Source of the DNA: an uncultured Collinsella sp.
Lineage (GTDB): Bacteria; Actinomycetota; Coriobacteriia; Coriobacteriales; Coriobacteriaceae
Assembly: GCA_958415665.1 (NCBI GenBank)
Contig: CATYZK010000004.1
Coordinates: 20,142 to 84,141, forward strand
DNA length: 64,000 nucleotides
Direction of reading: 5' to 3'
The notes beneath the pieces were generated by a model. It ran no database searches and was not told where the DNA came from. It saw nothing but the letters and a program-made list of their open reading frames with translations. Within the stretch, counting starts at the first letter, position 1; each line of letters begins with the position of its first letter. Below are positions 49,090-57,361 of this stretch, piece by piece. The position numbers and the translations under genes are program-made.

Positions 49090-51159
49090 CTATCGAACCG
49101 AAGAATCGCCCGAAGCCGAAGAGGTATCGGGCTCGTCATAAATCACGCCGAGCACGTCACGCACGACATGCATTGCGGTATCAGAGCCACCGCCGCCCTG
49201 CTCCAGGACAGTAGCGATGACATACTTGGGGTCATCGGCCGGAGCATAGGCGCAGAACCATGCGTATTCGTCCTCGCCGCTTTTCTCGCCCGTGCCCGAC
49301 TTACCGTATACCTGCGGCGTCAGGGTGCCAAAGTGAGCCGCTAGGGACGTCGATGCCGTGTATATCACGTCGTGCATGCCATTGCGAACAAGAGTCAAAT
49401 CCGAATCGCTGTTGATCTTGGCCTCCAGGCGCTTCTTCTTGCCCTTACCGTTGTACTTATAGGCATCGCCGTCGCCATCGCGCGACACGGCAGACAAAAA
49501 CACGTGCGGCACGTACTGTTTGCCACCGTTGGCAAGGCCCATGTAGGCGCATGCCATCTGCAGGGGCGTCACCAGGATGTCGCCCTGGCCGATGGCAATG
49601 TTGGTCATATCGCCGGCATTCCACTTGCGGTCCTCGGCAGAGGCGTCGGTGAAGTACGACTCCTTCCACTCGGCATCGGGAATACGGCCCGCGCCCTCAC
49701 TCGGCAGATCGATACCGCAGGTCTTGCCTAGGCCCCAGCGACGAAAGACCTCCTGCAGGCCCTCGGGATGTTGCTCGTCATAAAAGAACGCCTTGCCCAT
49801 GTCGTAGAAGACGGGGTCGCACGAGTTGGCGATACCCGACTGCAGCGTCATGGTGCCGTGGCCGGAATGCAGCCAGCAGTACTTGCCCCACGACTTGCCC
49901 AGACCCGTCCAATAACCCGTGCAGTTGGTCGTCTGCCCCGACGTGTAGGTTCCAAACTCAAGACCGGCCAGTGCCGAGAGCGGCTTGATGGTCGAGGCCG
50001 ACATGTACTGTCCGCTAATGGCGCGGTTGAGCAGCGGGTGCGAACCCTTGTCATCATTGAGCTCGGTCCACACGTCATTTGAGACGCCGCCGATGAAGAC
50101 GGAAGGATCGAACTTGGGCTGGCTCGCCATGCCCAGGATCTCGCCATTGTTGGGATCGAGACACACTACAGCGCCGTTGCCGGCATTGCTGTAGCCAGTG
50201 GTCTTGGCAAGCTCGATAGCGCTCGCCAGCGCCGTCTCGCAGGCCTGCTGGATCTTAAGGTCGAGCGTGAGCTTAATGTCGGAGCCGGCCTTCGCGGGCA
50301 CGGCGCCGGCCTGACCGGTCACGTTGCCCGAGGCATCGACCTTGACGGTCTGCTCGCCACGAATACCCTGCAGCAGGTTTTCGTAGTAGCTCTCAACGCC
50401 CGCCTGCCCCACGATATCGCCCGACTGGTACGTAATCTTGCCAGCAGAAGCATCATCATCGCCAGAGGTTTTCTTATTCTGGGCCTCGAGCTGCTCGGAG
50501 GTAATGGTGCCGGTATAGCCCAAGATGTGACAGGCCGTCTCGCCGTACGGATACTGGCGCTCGGTACGCTCGGCAATCTTGACGCCCGGGAACTCGCCGG
50601 CGTGCTCCTTGATATAGGCAACCGTGGAGCGACGGACGTCTGTCGCGATGGTATGCAGGCTCTGGGCGCCCTCGGAATTGTCCTGGATATTGCGCAGCAC
50701 AGCCACGTAGGGCATACCGAGCACGTTGGCAAGATGACGAACCAGAACCTCATCCTCGGCAAGGTCGCGGTAGGCCACGACAGCAAGTGAGGGACGGTTC
50801 TGGACAAGCGCCACGCCATTGCGGTCGAGGATGCGGCCGCGCACAGCGGGTGTGGTAACGGTGCGCGTCTGATTACTATTAGCCTGCTTCTCGTAATAGC
50901 CCGACGAGACCATCTGCATGCCCCACAGCTTGACGGCAAGCGCCGCGAACATCGCGCCCACACCCGTAGTGAGGATGGAAAAGCGGCCCTTAAAGGCGGT
51001 CGCCGCGGTATTGCCCTCGCCCTCGGTGGCGCGCGGGGCCGTTCCATGCTGCGTATCGTAGGTAAAACGGGAATCGCCGCGACGCATGATGACCAGCGCG
51101 ACCACGATGGCCACAACCAACACGATACCGGCGATAATAACCGTCATCTGGGAAGACAT
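49090..51159 (-). CDS. mrdA: penicillin-binding protein 2 (elongasome transpeptidase)
   Basis: SASTIKP (SxxK motif) and a KSGTGE (KTG-like) motif. Located in the mre cluster. Confidence 0.92.
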   Translation of the reverse strand: MSSQMTVIIAGIVLVVAIVVALVIMRRGDSRFTYDTQHGTAPRATEGEGNTAATAFKGRFSILTTGVGAMFAALAVKLWGMQMVSSGYYEKQANSNQTRTVTTPAVRGRILDRNGVALVQNRPSLAVVAYRDLAEDEVLVRHLANVLGMPYVAVLRNIQDNSEGAQSLHTIATDVRRSTVAYIKEHAGEFPGVKIAERTERQYPYGETACHILGYTGTITSEQLEAQNKKTSGDDDASAGKITYQSGDIVGQAGVESYYENLLQGIRGEQTVKVDASGNVTGQAGAVPAKAGSDIKLTLDLKIQQACETALASAIELAKTTGYSNAGNGAVVCLDPNNGEILGMASQPKFDPSVFIGGVSNDVWTELNDDKGSHPLLNRAISGQYMSASTIKPLSALAGLEFGTYTSGQTTNCTGYWTGLGKSWGKYCWLHSGHGTMTLQSGIANSCDPVFYDMGKAFFYDEQHPEGLQEVFRRWGLGKTCGIDLPSEGAGRIPDAEWKESYFTDASAEDRKWNAGDMTNIAIGQGDILVTPLQMACAYMGLANGGKQYVPHVFLSAVSRDGDGDAYKYNGKGKKKRLEAKINSDSDLTLVRNGMHDVIYTASTSLAAHFGTLTPQVYGKSGTGEKSGEDEYAWFCAYAPADDPKYVIATVLEQGGGGSDTAMHVVRDVLGVIYDEPDTSSASGDSSVR

Positions 51160-51172
51160 CTACGGGCCTCCC

Positions 51173-51745
51173 CTATTTGAGCTTACGGGTCTTGGGCTTA
51201 AAGCGCATGCCCGTCTGGCGTCCGCCACGTGCGGAGAATCCATAACCGGACTGCGGCACGACGCCGGACATCAAAAACGGAATGGCAACCAGACCCGTCA
51301 GGATCGAAGACGGCAGCGCATGGCCGAAGATCGCAACGACAAAGCTCGTCTCCAAACCCATAAACAGCAAGATGATGCTGTAGATCACATTTATGACGAG
51401 CGCGAAGGCGCCCACGGTGATGCCGCGCGCACTCGGGGTACCGCCCGTCTGACCGGCGGCGCTATGCACCAGGGCAAAAGAACCCACGGTCAGCAGGAGC
51501 GACATAACGCCCACCGGCACGGCAGCGGAAAGGTCATAGAACAAGCCGCTGCAAAAACCGCACACGACGGCACGGTTCGGGTCGCCCGAGAACACGCTTA
51601 GGCACACCAAGATAATCATAAAGTTGACGCGACCGCCCGCAATGGAGATCTGCGGTGCCAGGCCTGCCTGCAGCAGCACGCACACGATGGCGGCGATTAC
51701 AAACGTGCGGGAGCTCATCCCCTGCTCGTGTAGATCCATGGACAT
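51173..51745 (-). CDS. mreD: rod shape-determining protein MreD
   Basis: Small polytopic membrane protein directly downstream of mreC. Confidence 0.75.
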   Translation of the reverse strand: MSMDLHEQGMSSRTFVIAAIVCVLLQAGLAPQISIAGGRVNFMIILVCLSVFSGDPNRAVVCGFCSGLFYDLSAAVPVGVMSLLLTVGSFALVHSAAGQTGGTPSARGITVGAFALVINVIYSIILLFMGLETSFVVAIFGHALPSSILTGLVAIPFLMSGVVPQSGYGFSARGGRQTGMRFKPKTRKLK

Positions 51746-51750
51746 GCCCC

Positions 51751-52749
51751 CTATTCGCTCGAGCCGGAATCGGTCGTCTCAGACGTGTCGGAACTGTCAT
51801 CCGAGCTCTCGTCCTTCGTCTTGGTCGCAGCATCGCGCGACGTTCCCTGCGGCGTGCTATTAGCGGTGTTCACGTCCTCATCCGAGGCCGACTGTTCGTC
51901 GGTCAGCGAGGTGATGACCAGCACTTCCTCGTTGTTCTCGGCCGTGGTCTGAGCGCGCACCACAATGGTGTAGTACACGTCGTTTGCCGATTTCTCAACC
52001 GACGAGACGGTGCCGAGCGGAAGGCCCTTGGGGAACACACCGCCAATGCCCGAGGTCACGATGATGTCGCCAACCTTAACGTCGGAATCGACGCTCACAT
52101 ACTCAAGACGCAGCGTGCCGTCAGCCTGACCCTGCAGCATGCCCTGGGCGCGCGTATCCTGCACCATGGCGGACACGCCCGAGTTCTCATCGCCAATCAG
52201 GCGCACGGTGGACGTCTTGGCCGAGACTTCGATGATCTGGCCTATGACACCGGCAGAACTCGTCACAGGCATGTTAATGGTAAGCCCGTCGGCAGAACCC
52301 TTATCGATGGTAACGGTCGAGGTCCAGGCATCGCCCGAAGCGCCGACGATACGAGCTGCAGTGGACTTGAGGTTGTAGGTCGACTGCAGACCGACCAGAC
52401 CCTCCAGTCGCTCGGCGGTCTTTTGAGCCTCGGAGAGCTCGGCGACCTTAGAGGTCAGTTCCTCGTTTTGCTTCTTAAGCTCGTCAAGCGTGTCCTGTGA
52501 CGCCGTAAGGTTAGAGAACACGTTACCGATCGCATTGAAGGGAGCCGCCACAGCCGAGCCCAGAAAACGCACCGGCGAGGTAATCGTCGTCACGCCCGAA
52601 CGAACGGCATGAATCGGCCCCGTCTCGCCCTCACGAATATAAAACGTGAGCAGCAACACCGAAATCAGGCTGAAAACAATCAACGGGCGCATACCCGTTG
52701 ATTGTCGCTTGGTATTCAGATTTGTGGAGAAACCCGAAGATCGTGCCAA
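51751..52749 (-). CDS. mreC: rod shape-determining protein MreC
   Basis: N-terminal TM, coiled coil, and beta domains (GDIIVTSGIGGVFPKGLPLG). Ser/Asp-rich tail. Confidence 0.88.
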   Translation of the reverse strand: MARSSGFSTNLNTKRQSTGMRPLIVFSLISVLLLTFYIREGETGPIHAVRSGVTTITSPVRFLGSAVAAPFNAIGNVFSNLTASQDTLDELKKQNEELTSKVAELSEAQKTAERLEGLVGLQSTYNLKSTAARIVGASGDAWTSTVTIDKGSADGLTINMPVTSSAGVIGQIIEVSAKTSTVRLIGDENSGVSAMVQDTRAQGMLQGQADGTLRLEYVSVDSDVKVGDIIVTSGIGGVFPKGLPLGTVSSVEKSANDVYYTIVVRAQTTAENNEEVLVITSLTDEQSASDEDVNTANSTPQGTSRDAATKTKDESSDDSSDTSETTDSGSSE

Positions 52750-52770
52750 ATGGAATCCACCTTTTGGAAA

Positions 52771-53814
52771 TTAAGCATTGGTCTGGACGAAGCCGCCATC
52801 AAACGCATTGGCCTCGAGCACGCGGGCACAGCCGTTAACAACGTTATCGAGCGCCGTGGGGCTGACGTTGACCGAAACGCCGGTCTCATCGCGCAGGCGC
52901 ACGTCGAGACCGCGCAGCAGCGCGCCGCCACCAGTCAGCAAAATGCCGTAGTACATAAGGTCCGAGGCAAGATCGGGAGGCGTAGCGTCGAGTGCGTCCT
53001 TGACGGCCTTGGCCATCTCGTCGAGCGGCTTGTTGAGCGCGCGACGAATCTCCTCGCTCTCGATGCGCACGGTCTTGGGCAGACCGGTGATCACGTCGCG
53101 GCCGTTGACCTCGACGTCGAGCTCGTCCTTGAGCGGCACGGCGGAGCCGACCTTGATCTTGATGTCCTCTGCCGTACGCTCGCCGATGGCCAGGTTGTAG
53201 GCATCACGAACGTGCGTAAGGATGGCCTGATCGAACTCGTCGCCGGCAATACGAATGGACTGCGAGACGACGATGCCGCCCATAGCGATAACGGCAACCT
53301 CGGTGGTACCGCCACCGATGTCGATGACCATGGAACCGGTAGGTTCCTCGACGGGCAGGTCGGCGCCGATAGCGGCGGCCATAGGCTCTTCGATCAGATA
53401 GGCCTGGCGGGCACCGGCCTGGATCGTAGCCTCAAAGACAGCGCGCTTCTCGACCGACGTGACACCGGAGGGAACGCAGACGACAACACGCGGACGCGGA
53501 GTCCACGGATAGCGCTTCTCGGACGCCTTGTCGATAAAGTAGCGAAGCATGGCCTCGGTAACATCGAAGTCGGCGATGACGCCGTCCTTCAGGGGACGAA
53601 CGGCCACGATGTTGCCGGGCGTACGGCCGAGCATGCGCTTTGCCTCGATACCGACCGCCAGGATGCGCTCGTCGTTCTTGTCGATGGCGACAACAGAGGG
53701 CTCGCGAATGACGATGCCCTTGCCGCGCACGGAGACAAGCGTATTTGCGGTACCGAGGTCGATGGCAAGATCGCCCGCATAGCTACCGAAGAACATATCC
53801 ATCAAAGAAAACAA
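52771..53814 (-). CDS. mreB: rod shape-determining protein MreB
   Basis: DLAIDLGTANT and DIGGGTTEVAV actin-fold motifs. TTG start with GGAG 5 nt upstream. Confidence 0.96.
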   Translation of the reverse strand: MFSLMDMFFGSYAGDLAIDLGTANTLVSVRGKGIVIREPSVVAIDKNDERILAVGIEAKRMLGRTPGNIVAVRPLKDGVIADFDVTEAMLRYFIDKASEKRYPWTPRPRVVVCVPSGVTSVEKRAVFEATIQAGARQAYLIEEPMAAAIGADLPVEEPTGSMVIDIGGGTTEVAVIAMGGIVVSQSIRIAGDEFDQAILTHVRDAYNLAIGERTAEDIKIKVGSAVPLKDELDVEVNGRDVITGLPKTVRIESEEIRRALNKPLDEMAKAVKDALDATPPDLASDLMYYGILLTGGGALLRGLDVRLRDETGVSVNVSPTALDNVVNGCARVLEANAFDGGFVQTNA

Positions 53815-53929
53815 CGCAACTCCTGATGTGTTGGATGATTGCTGGAAAACTACTAGCTCATCATACTAGCGCAAGCCCGGCACCTCACTTGCGGTGAAGC
53901 GCCGGGCAAAGCTAAATCCCATAAGGTCA

Positions 53930-55234
53930 CTACTGGTTGTCAGCAGCCGAGAAATCCATATCAAGCGAAGAAACGGCCCAGCCGATATGGTTGTCGGAGC
54001 GCACGAATTTGACAGTGTACTCCTGCTCGCCGCCCTTGGACAGCGATGCCTTCACCTTGGCGGTCGTCTCGGTCATGGACTGATCCATGCCCTCGACGGA
54101 CACGGTGGCACCCTGCGGAATCGAGGAGATGATCATAGACTTGGCGTCCTCGGACAGGTTCGAGGCCAGGCAAGACTCGGCCTTTGCGGTGTCACCGTCG
54201 CCGGCAGCCTGGAACAGATCGGTAACGACAGACTCCTGAGACGGGAAGCCAAAGCCGCGCGTGTAGGCAAAGCCCAGACCGCCCGCGGCGATCAAAATGA
54301 GCAGAAGCAGCACGATGAAGACTTTGAGACCCGTGTGGCGATGGCGACGACGGACCTTGGCCTGCTTACGATCCTGACGGTCCTGCTGGACCATCTCTGA
54401 CTCGGACAGCGTAAAGAAGCCGGTGTCCGAGGGATCGGGCATAAACTGACCGGTCGCGCCCGTAGGATCGAGCGGATCGACGGCAGGAGCGTCCATCGCG
54501 GGCGCCGGAGCCGTGGCCATAGCCGTCTGGGCAGACAGCGCGGCAAGCGAATCGTGCACGCGGGCAAGCTCATCGGCCTGCTCGGAGGTGAGCTGGTAGA
54601 TGCCATCGGCAGTAGCGGCGTTAAAGGCATCGAGTGCGTCGGAGGGACGGCCGGCGGCAGAAAGCGCCTGACCCATGCCGGCGTTGAGCGCACGCGTGTC
54701 GTCGCGGGGGCCGGCAAAGTCGATAGCCGTGCGGTAGGTCTCCACGGCATCCGCCGGACGGCCGAGCTTAATAAAGCAACGGCCGAGCTCGCCGAGCGCG
54801 GCGGCGGGAGCCGGATTGGCGCCGTCGATAGCGGCCTGACGGAAGGCGGTGCCGGCGTTGGCATAATCGCCCGCTTGGAACAGCGCGTTGCCCAAGCCCA
54901 GATAGGCCTTGAACGGCGTGGCATAGGAAGCGTCCTGCGTTGCAGCGGAAAACGCCTGGGCGGCCGTGGTGTAGTCACCCACCGCCGCGAGCGCCTTGCC
55001 GCGATTGGTGAGCAGGGCGCCGCGCTTGCCATAGGTACCGTCGTTGAGGGCAGCAGCGTAGGCCTCGGCGGCCTCGGCATACATGCCGAGGTGCATCAGG
55101 GCGTTACCGCGAAGATGGTCGGCCTCGCCCATAATCTCATCGGGGGTCTTTGCCGCCGAGAGCATCTGGGCGGCAGCGGAAAAATCACCCGCGCGGTAAG
55201 CCGCGCGACCCTGTTGAATCAGCTGGCTATTCAA
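53930..55234 (-). CDS. TPR-repeat membrane protein
   Basis: N-terminal tandem TPR-like repeats (AxxAYxxAL periodicity), one TM segment (VFIVLLLLILIAAGGLGFAY), and an extracytoplasmic C-terminal domain. Confidence 0.7.
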   Translation of the reverse strand: MNSQLIQQGRAAYRAGDFSAAAQMLSAAKTPDEIMGEADHLRGNALMHLGMYAEAAEAYAAALNDGTYGKRGALLTNRGKALAAVGDYTTAAQAFSAATQDASYATPFKAYLGLGNALFQAGDYANAGTAFRQAAIDGANPAPAAALGELGRCFIKLGRPADAVETYRTAIDFAGPRDDTRALNAGMGQALSAAGRPSDALDAFNAATADGIYQLTSEQADELARVHDSLAALSAQTAMATAPAPAMDAPAVDPLDPTGATGQFMPDPSDTGFFTLSESEMVQQDRQDRKQAKVRRRHRHTGLKVFIVLLLLILIAAGGLGFAYTRGFGFPSQESVVTDLFQAAGDGDTAKAESCLASNLSEDAKSMIISSIPQGATVSVEGMDQSMTETTAKVKASLSKGGEQEYTVKFVRSDNHIGWAVSSLDMDFSAADNQ

Positions 55235-55245
55235 GGAAGTCCCCT

Positions 55246-55788
55246 TTACTCGTGAACGATCTCGACGTGAACGATCTCATCGCCGGCACGCAGCTGCGAG
55301 ATCACATCGAGGCCCTCGACCGTGGTGCCAAAGACGGTGTAACCGGAGTCAAGGTTATGCTGGGCGCCCAGGCAGAAGTAGAACTGAGAACCCGCGGAAT
55401 CGGGATCCATGGAGCGAGCCATGGCAAGCGCGCCGTCAACATGGCTGTTGCGCGGATTGGTAGCAAACTCGCCCTTGATGCAATAGCCGGGGCCACCGGT
55501 ACCGGGCATGCCGTCGGGGCCCTCAAGACCGGCAGCGACGTCGGCGCCGGACATGTCGCGGGTATTGGGGTCGCCGCCCTGGATAACAAAACCAGGCACA
55601 TAGCGATGGAACTTAAGGCCATCATAGAAGCCCATCGTGGAAAGCTCGCAGAAGTTCGCGACATGAATGGGAGCGCCCTCGCCGTCAAACTTGACCTTGA
55701 TGGTACCCTTCGACGTCTCGATTACGGCGCACTCGTCGCCGACAAGTTGATACTCGGGCGTGTAGAGCTCTTTCTTAAAACCAAACAT
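55246..55788 (-). CDS. ppiB: peptidyl-prolyl cis-trans isomerase (cyclophilin type)
   Basis: FHRYVPGFVIQGGDP and GAQHNLDSGYTVFG cyclophilin signatures. Confidence 0.93.
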   Translation of the reverse strand: MFGFKKELYTPEYQLVGDECAVIETSKGTIKVKFDGEGAPIHVANFCELSTMGFYDGLKFHRYVPGFVIQGGDPNTRDMSGADVAAGLEGPDGMPGTGGPGYCIKGEFATNPRNSHVDGALAMARSMDPDSAGSQFYFCLGAQHNLDSGYTVFGTTVEGLDVISQLRAGDEIVHVEIVHE

Positions 55789-55827
55789 GTGGTTCCTTCC
55801 TCGTGCGTTTAAAGCATATTTGTACGA

Positions 55828-55857
55828 ATTGTAGCAATAAGCACGGGCTTACATCAA
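55828..55857 (-). promoter_or_regulatory. sigma-70-like promoter upstream of ppiB (copy 1)
   Basis: The minus strand reads TTGATG, 18-nt spacer, TACAAT. The predicted leader to ATG 55788 is about 33 nt. Confidence 0.55.
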
Positions 55858-55991
55858 TTGCGCACGTAGGTTATGCCGACTATGGCGAACTAATTTTAGG
55901 AACGCTGCTGCGGCTTCCAGGAACCCACATTGGCATCGTACTGGTTCAGCGCGCTGTTGCCGCCCTGCGCGATGGGCGCCAGGATCTCGCA

Positions 55992-56021
55992 ATTGTAGCA
56001 ATAAGCACGGGCTTACATCAA
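55992..56021 (-). promoter_or_regulatory. duplicate of the ppiB promoter (copy 2, 164 bp upstream)
   Basis: Identical TTGATG-18-TACAAT inside the second repeat unit. Confidence 0.5.
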
Positions 56022-56059
56022 TTGCGCACGTAGGTTATGCCGACTATGGCGAACTAATT

Positions 56060-57202
56060 TTAGGAACGCTGCTGCGGCTTCCAGGAACCCACATTGGCAT
56101 CGTACTGGTTCAGCGCGCTGTTGCCGCCCTGCGCGATGGGCGCCAGGATCTCGCTTTGGTGGGAACTCATCGACTCGCCATCGGGAATGGCCAGCGAGAT
56201 ATCCCAGCTCTGGCAGATTACGTCGACGCGCTCATACATCCACTCGGCAAGCTGCTTTAAGTGGGCGATATCGTCCGCATAGACCGTATCGTCCTGTACT
56301 TTCAGGTTGTTGAGCTCATCTTGCGTCTTTTTTATCTGGTCACGCAGGGCGTAGGCACTTTGCGACAGCTCCTGACGGGTGGACAGTGGCGTTCGAAGAT
56401 AGCCGTTGTTAAAGGAATCGATGACCTCGCCGATCTGGTCCTCGTCAGCGTAGGACACGATGGTCTGATACAGACCGTCGAGCCTGGTATAGAGCTGATC
56501 ATCGGTGAGCACGGTTTCTTCCTGGGCCACCTCGGCAGAATCGCCCTGCTTGGTATCGTCCTCAGTCGCCTCGCCCTTTTGACGCGTGGGGAAGGTGGTT
56601 TGTGCAGCTTGGCCAAACTGATCATAGAAGCCAGGCATAACACCCATGGGATCGGTCGTCACGAACCAATAGGCACCACCGCACACGACGGCAAGGACCG
56701 CGATGATAATGAGCGGCTTAGGAATATGACGCTTATGCTTGTGATAGGCGTCCTCGTCGGGGTGCACCTTGCGCTTGGGTTTTTGAGCATCGTCATGCAG
56801 GGAAACGGGCGTGGGAATATCGACCTTGGGGATACCGAAATCCTTATCGAAAGCTGGCAGCACGCAGGTCTCATTGGGGTCGGCGGCGTCCGAAAGCACC
56901 GCAGCGGCAGAGGCCGGCGCATGCGGCACCTCGGTATCGATCTGCTCTTGCGTTAGGCGCGGAAAGCCCGCCGTGCGGCCCGCTGCCAGGTCGGATGCGG
57001 CAGCGTCCTCGGAAAGGATGCCCGGAGCAGGGCGTCCACATTTGGGGCACGTGCGATCATGCGGAGAAAGACGGGCACCGCAGCCCTCACAGAACACGAA
57101 CTCGGTGTGCTCGGGGCCATCGCCCGGACCCACATAGGCGTTGCAGTAGGGGCAGAACGAGGCGCCGTCCTCGATAGTCTTAAGGCAATGCGGGCAGATC
57201 AC
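56060..57202 (-). CDS. double zinc-ribbon membrane protein, function unknown
   Basis: CPHC...CPYC and CEGC...CPKC zinc ribbons, one TM (LIIIAVLAVVCGGAYWFV), and a C-terminal extracytoplasmic domain. GTG 57202 is preferred (AAGAGGA 4 nt upstream). The ORF-track start is TTG 57232. Confidence 0.65.
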   Translation of the reverse strand: MICPHCLKTIEDGASFCPYCNAYVGPGDGPEHTEFVFCEGCGARLSPHDRTCPKCGRPAPGILSEDAAASDLAAGRTAGFPRLTQEQIDTEVPHAPASAAAVLSDAADPNETCVLPAFDKDFGIPKVDIPTPVSLHDDAQKPKRKVHPDEDAYHKHKRHIPKPLIIIAVLAVVCGGAYWFVTTDPMGVMPGFYDQFGQAAQTTFPTRQKGEATEDDTKQGDSAEVAQEETVLTDDQLYTRLDGLYQTIVSYADEDQIGEVIDSFNNGYLRTPLSTRQELSQSAYALRDQIKKTQDELNNLKVQDDTVYADDIAHLKQLAEWMYERVDVICQSWDISLAIPDGESMSSHQSEILAPIAQGGNSALNQYDANVGSWKPQQRS

Positions 57203-57306
57203 GGCATCCTCTTTTCGAAGCAATTCAAACAATCGAGGTTAGAGCATAACATCGCCACGGCCCCACAGGGCCAAGGCACCAATTCAACATCGCGGGACAG
57301 TCTTTT

Positions 57307-57349
57307 GGGGGATGATTTTTTAATCCCCGTCCCAGAAAAATCATCCCCT
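57307..57349. repeat. third copy of the 35-nt palindromic repeat unit, extended by GGGG/CCCC
   Basis: The core at 57311-57345 (GATGATTTTTTAATCCCCGTCCCAGAAAAATCATC) matches the 32069-32103 unit at 33 of 35 positions and the reverse complement of 32026-32060 at 34 of 35. The extended element ends 12 nt past the ATPase stop codon (core 16 nt). Confidence 0.9.
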
Positions 57350-57361
57350 GAAGGCCGCGGG

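Larger units (their letters stand above)
55827..56154. repeat. perfect 164-bp tandem duplication (2 copies)
   Basis: 55827-55990 and 55991-56154 are identical base for base. Each unit contains the last 95 nt of the zinc-ribbon CDS plus 69 nt of downstream intergenic DNA, including a promoter. Confidence 0.95.

Noticed and set aside
53860-53895. Hairpin GCCCGGC...GCCGGGC after the TPR gene as an intrinsic terminator
   Set aside because: The stem is present, but there is no U-run on the transcribed (minus) strand. That is too weak to call.
55827-56154. The 164-bp repeat as a diversity-generating retroelement TR/VR pair, or as a mini CRISPR-like array
   Set aside because: The two copies are identical, with no adenine-specific differences. 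No reverse transcriptase or cas genes are nearby. There are only two units and no spacers. A simple tandem duplication explains it.
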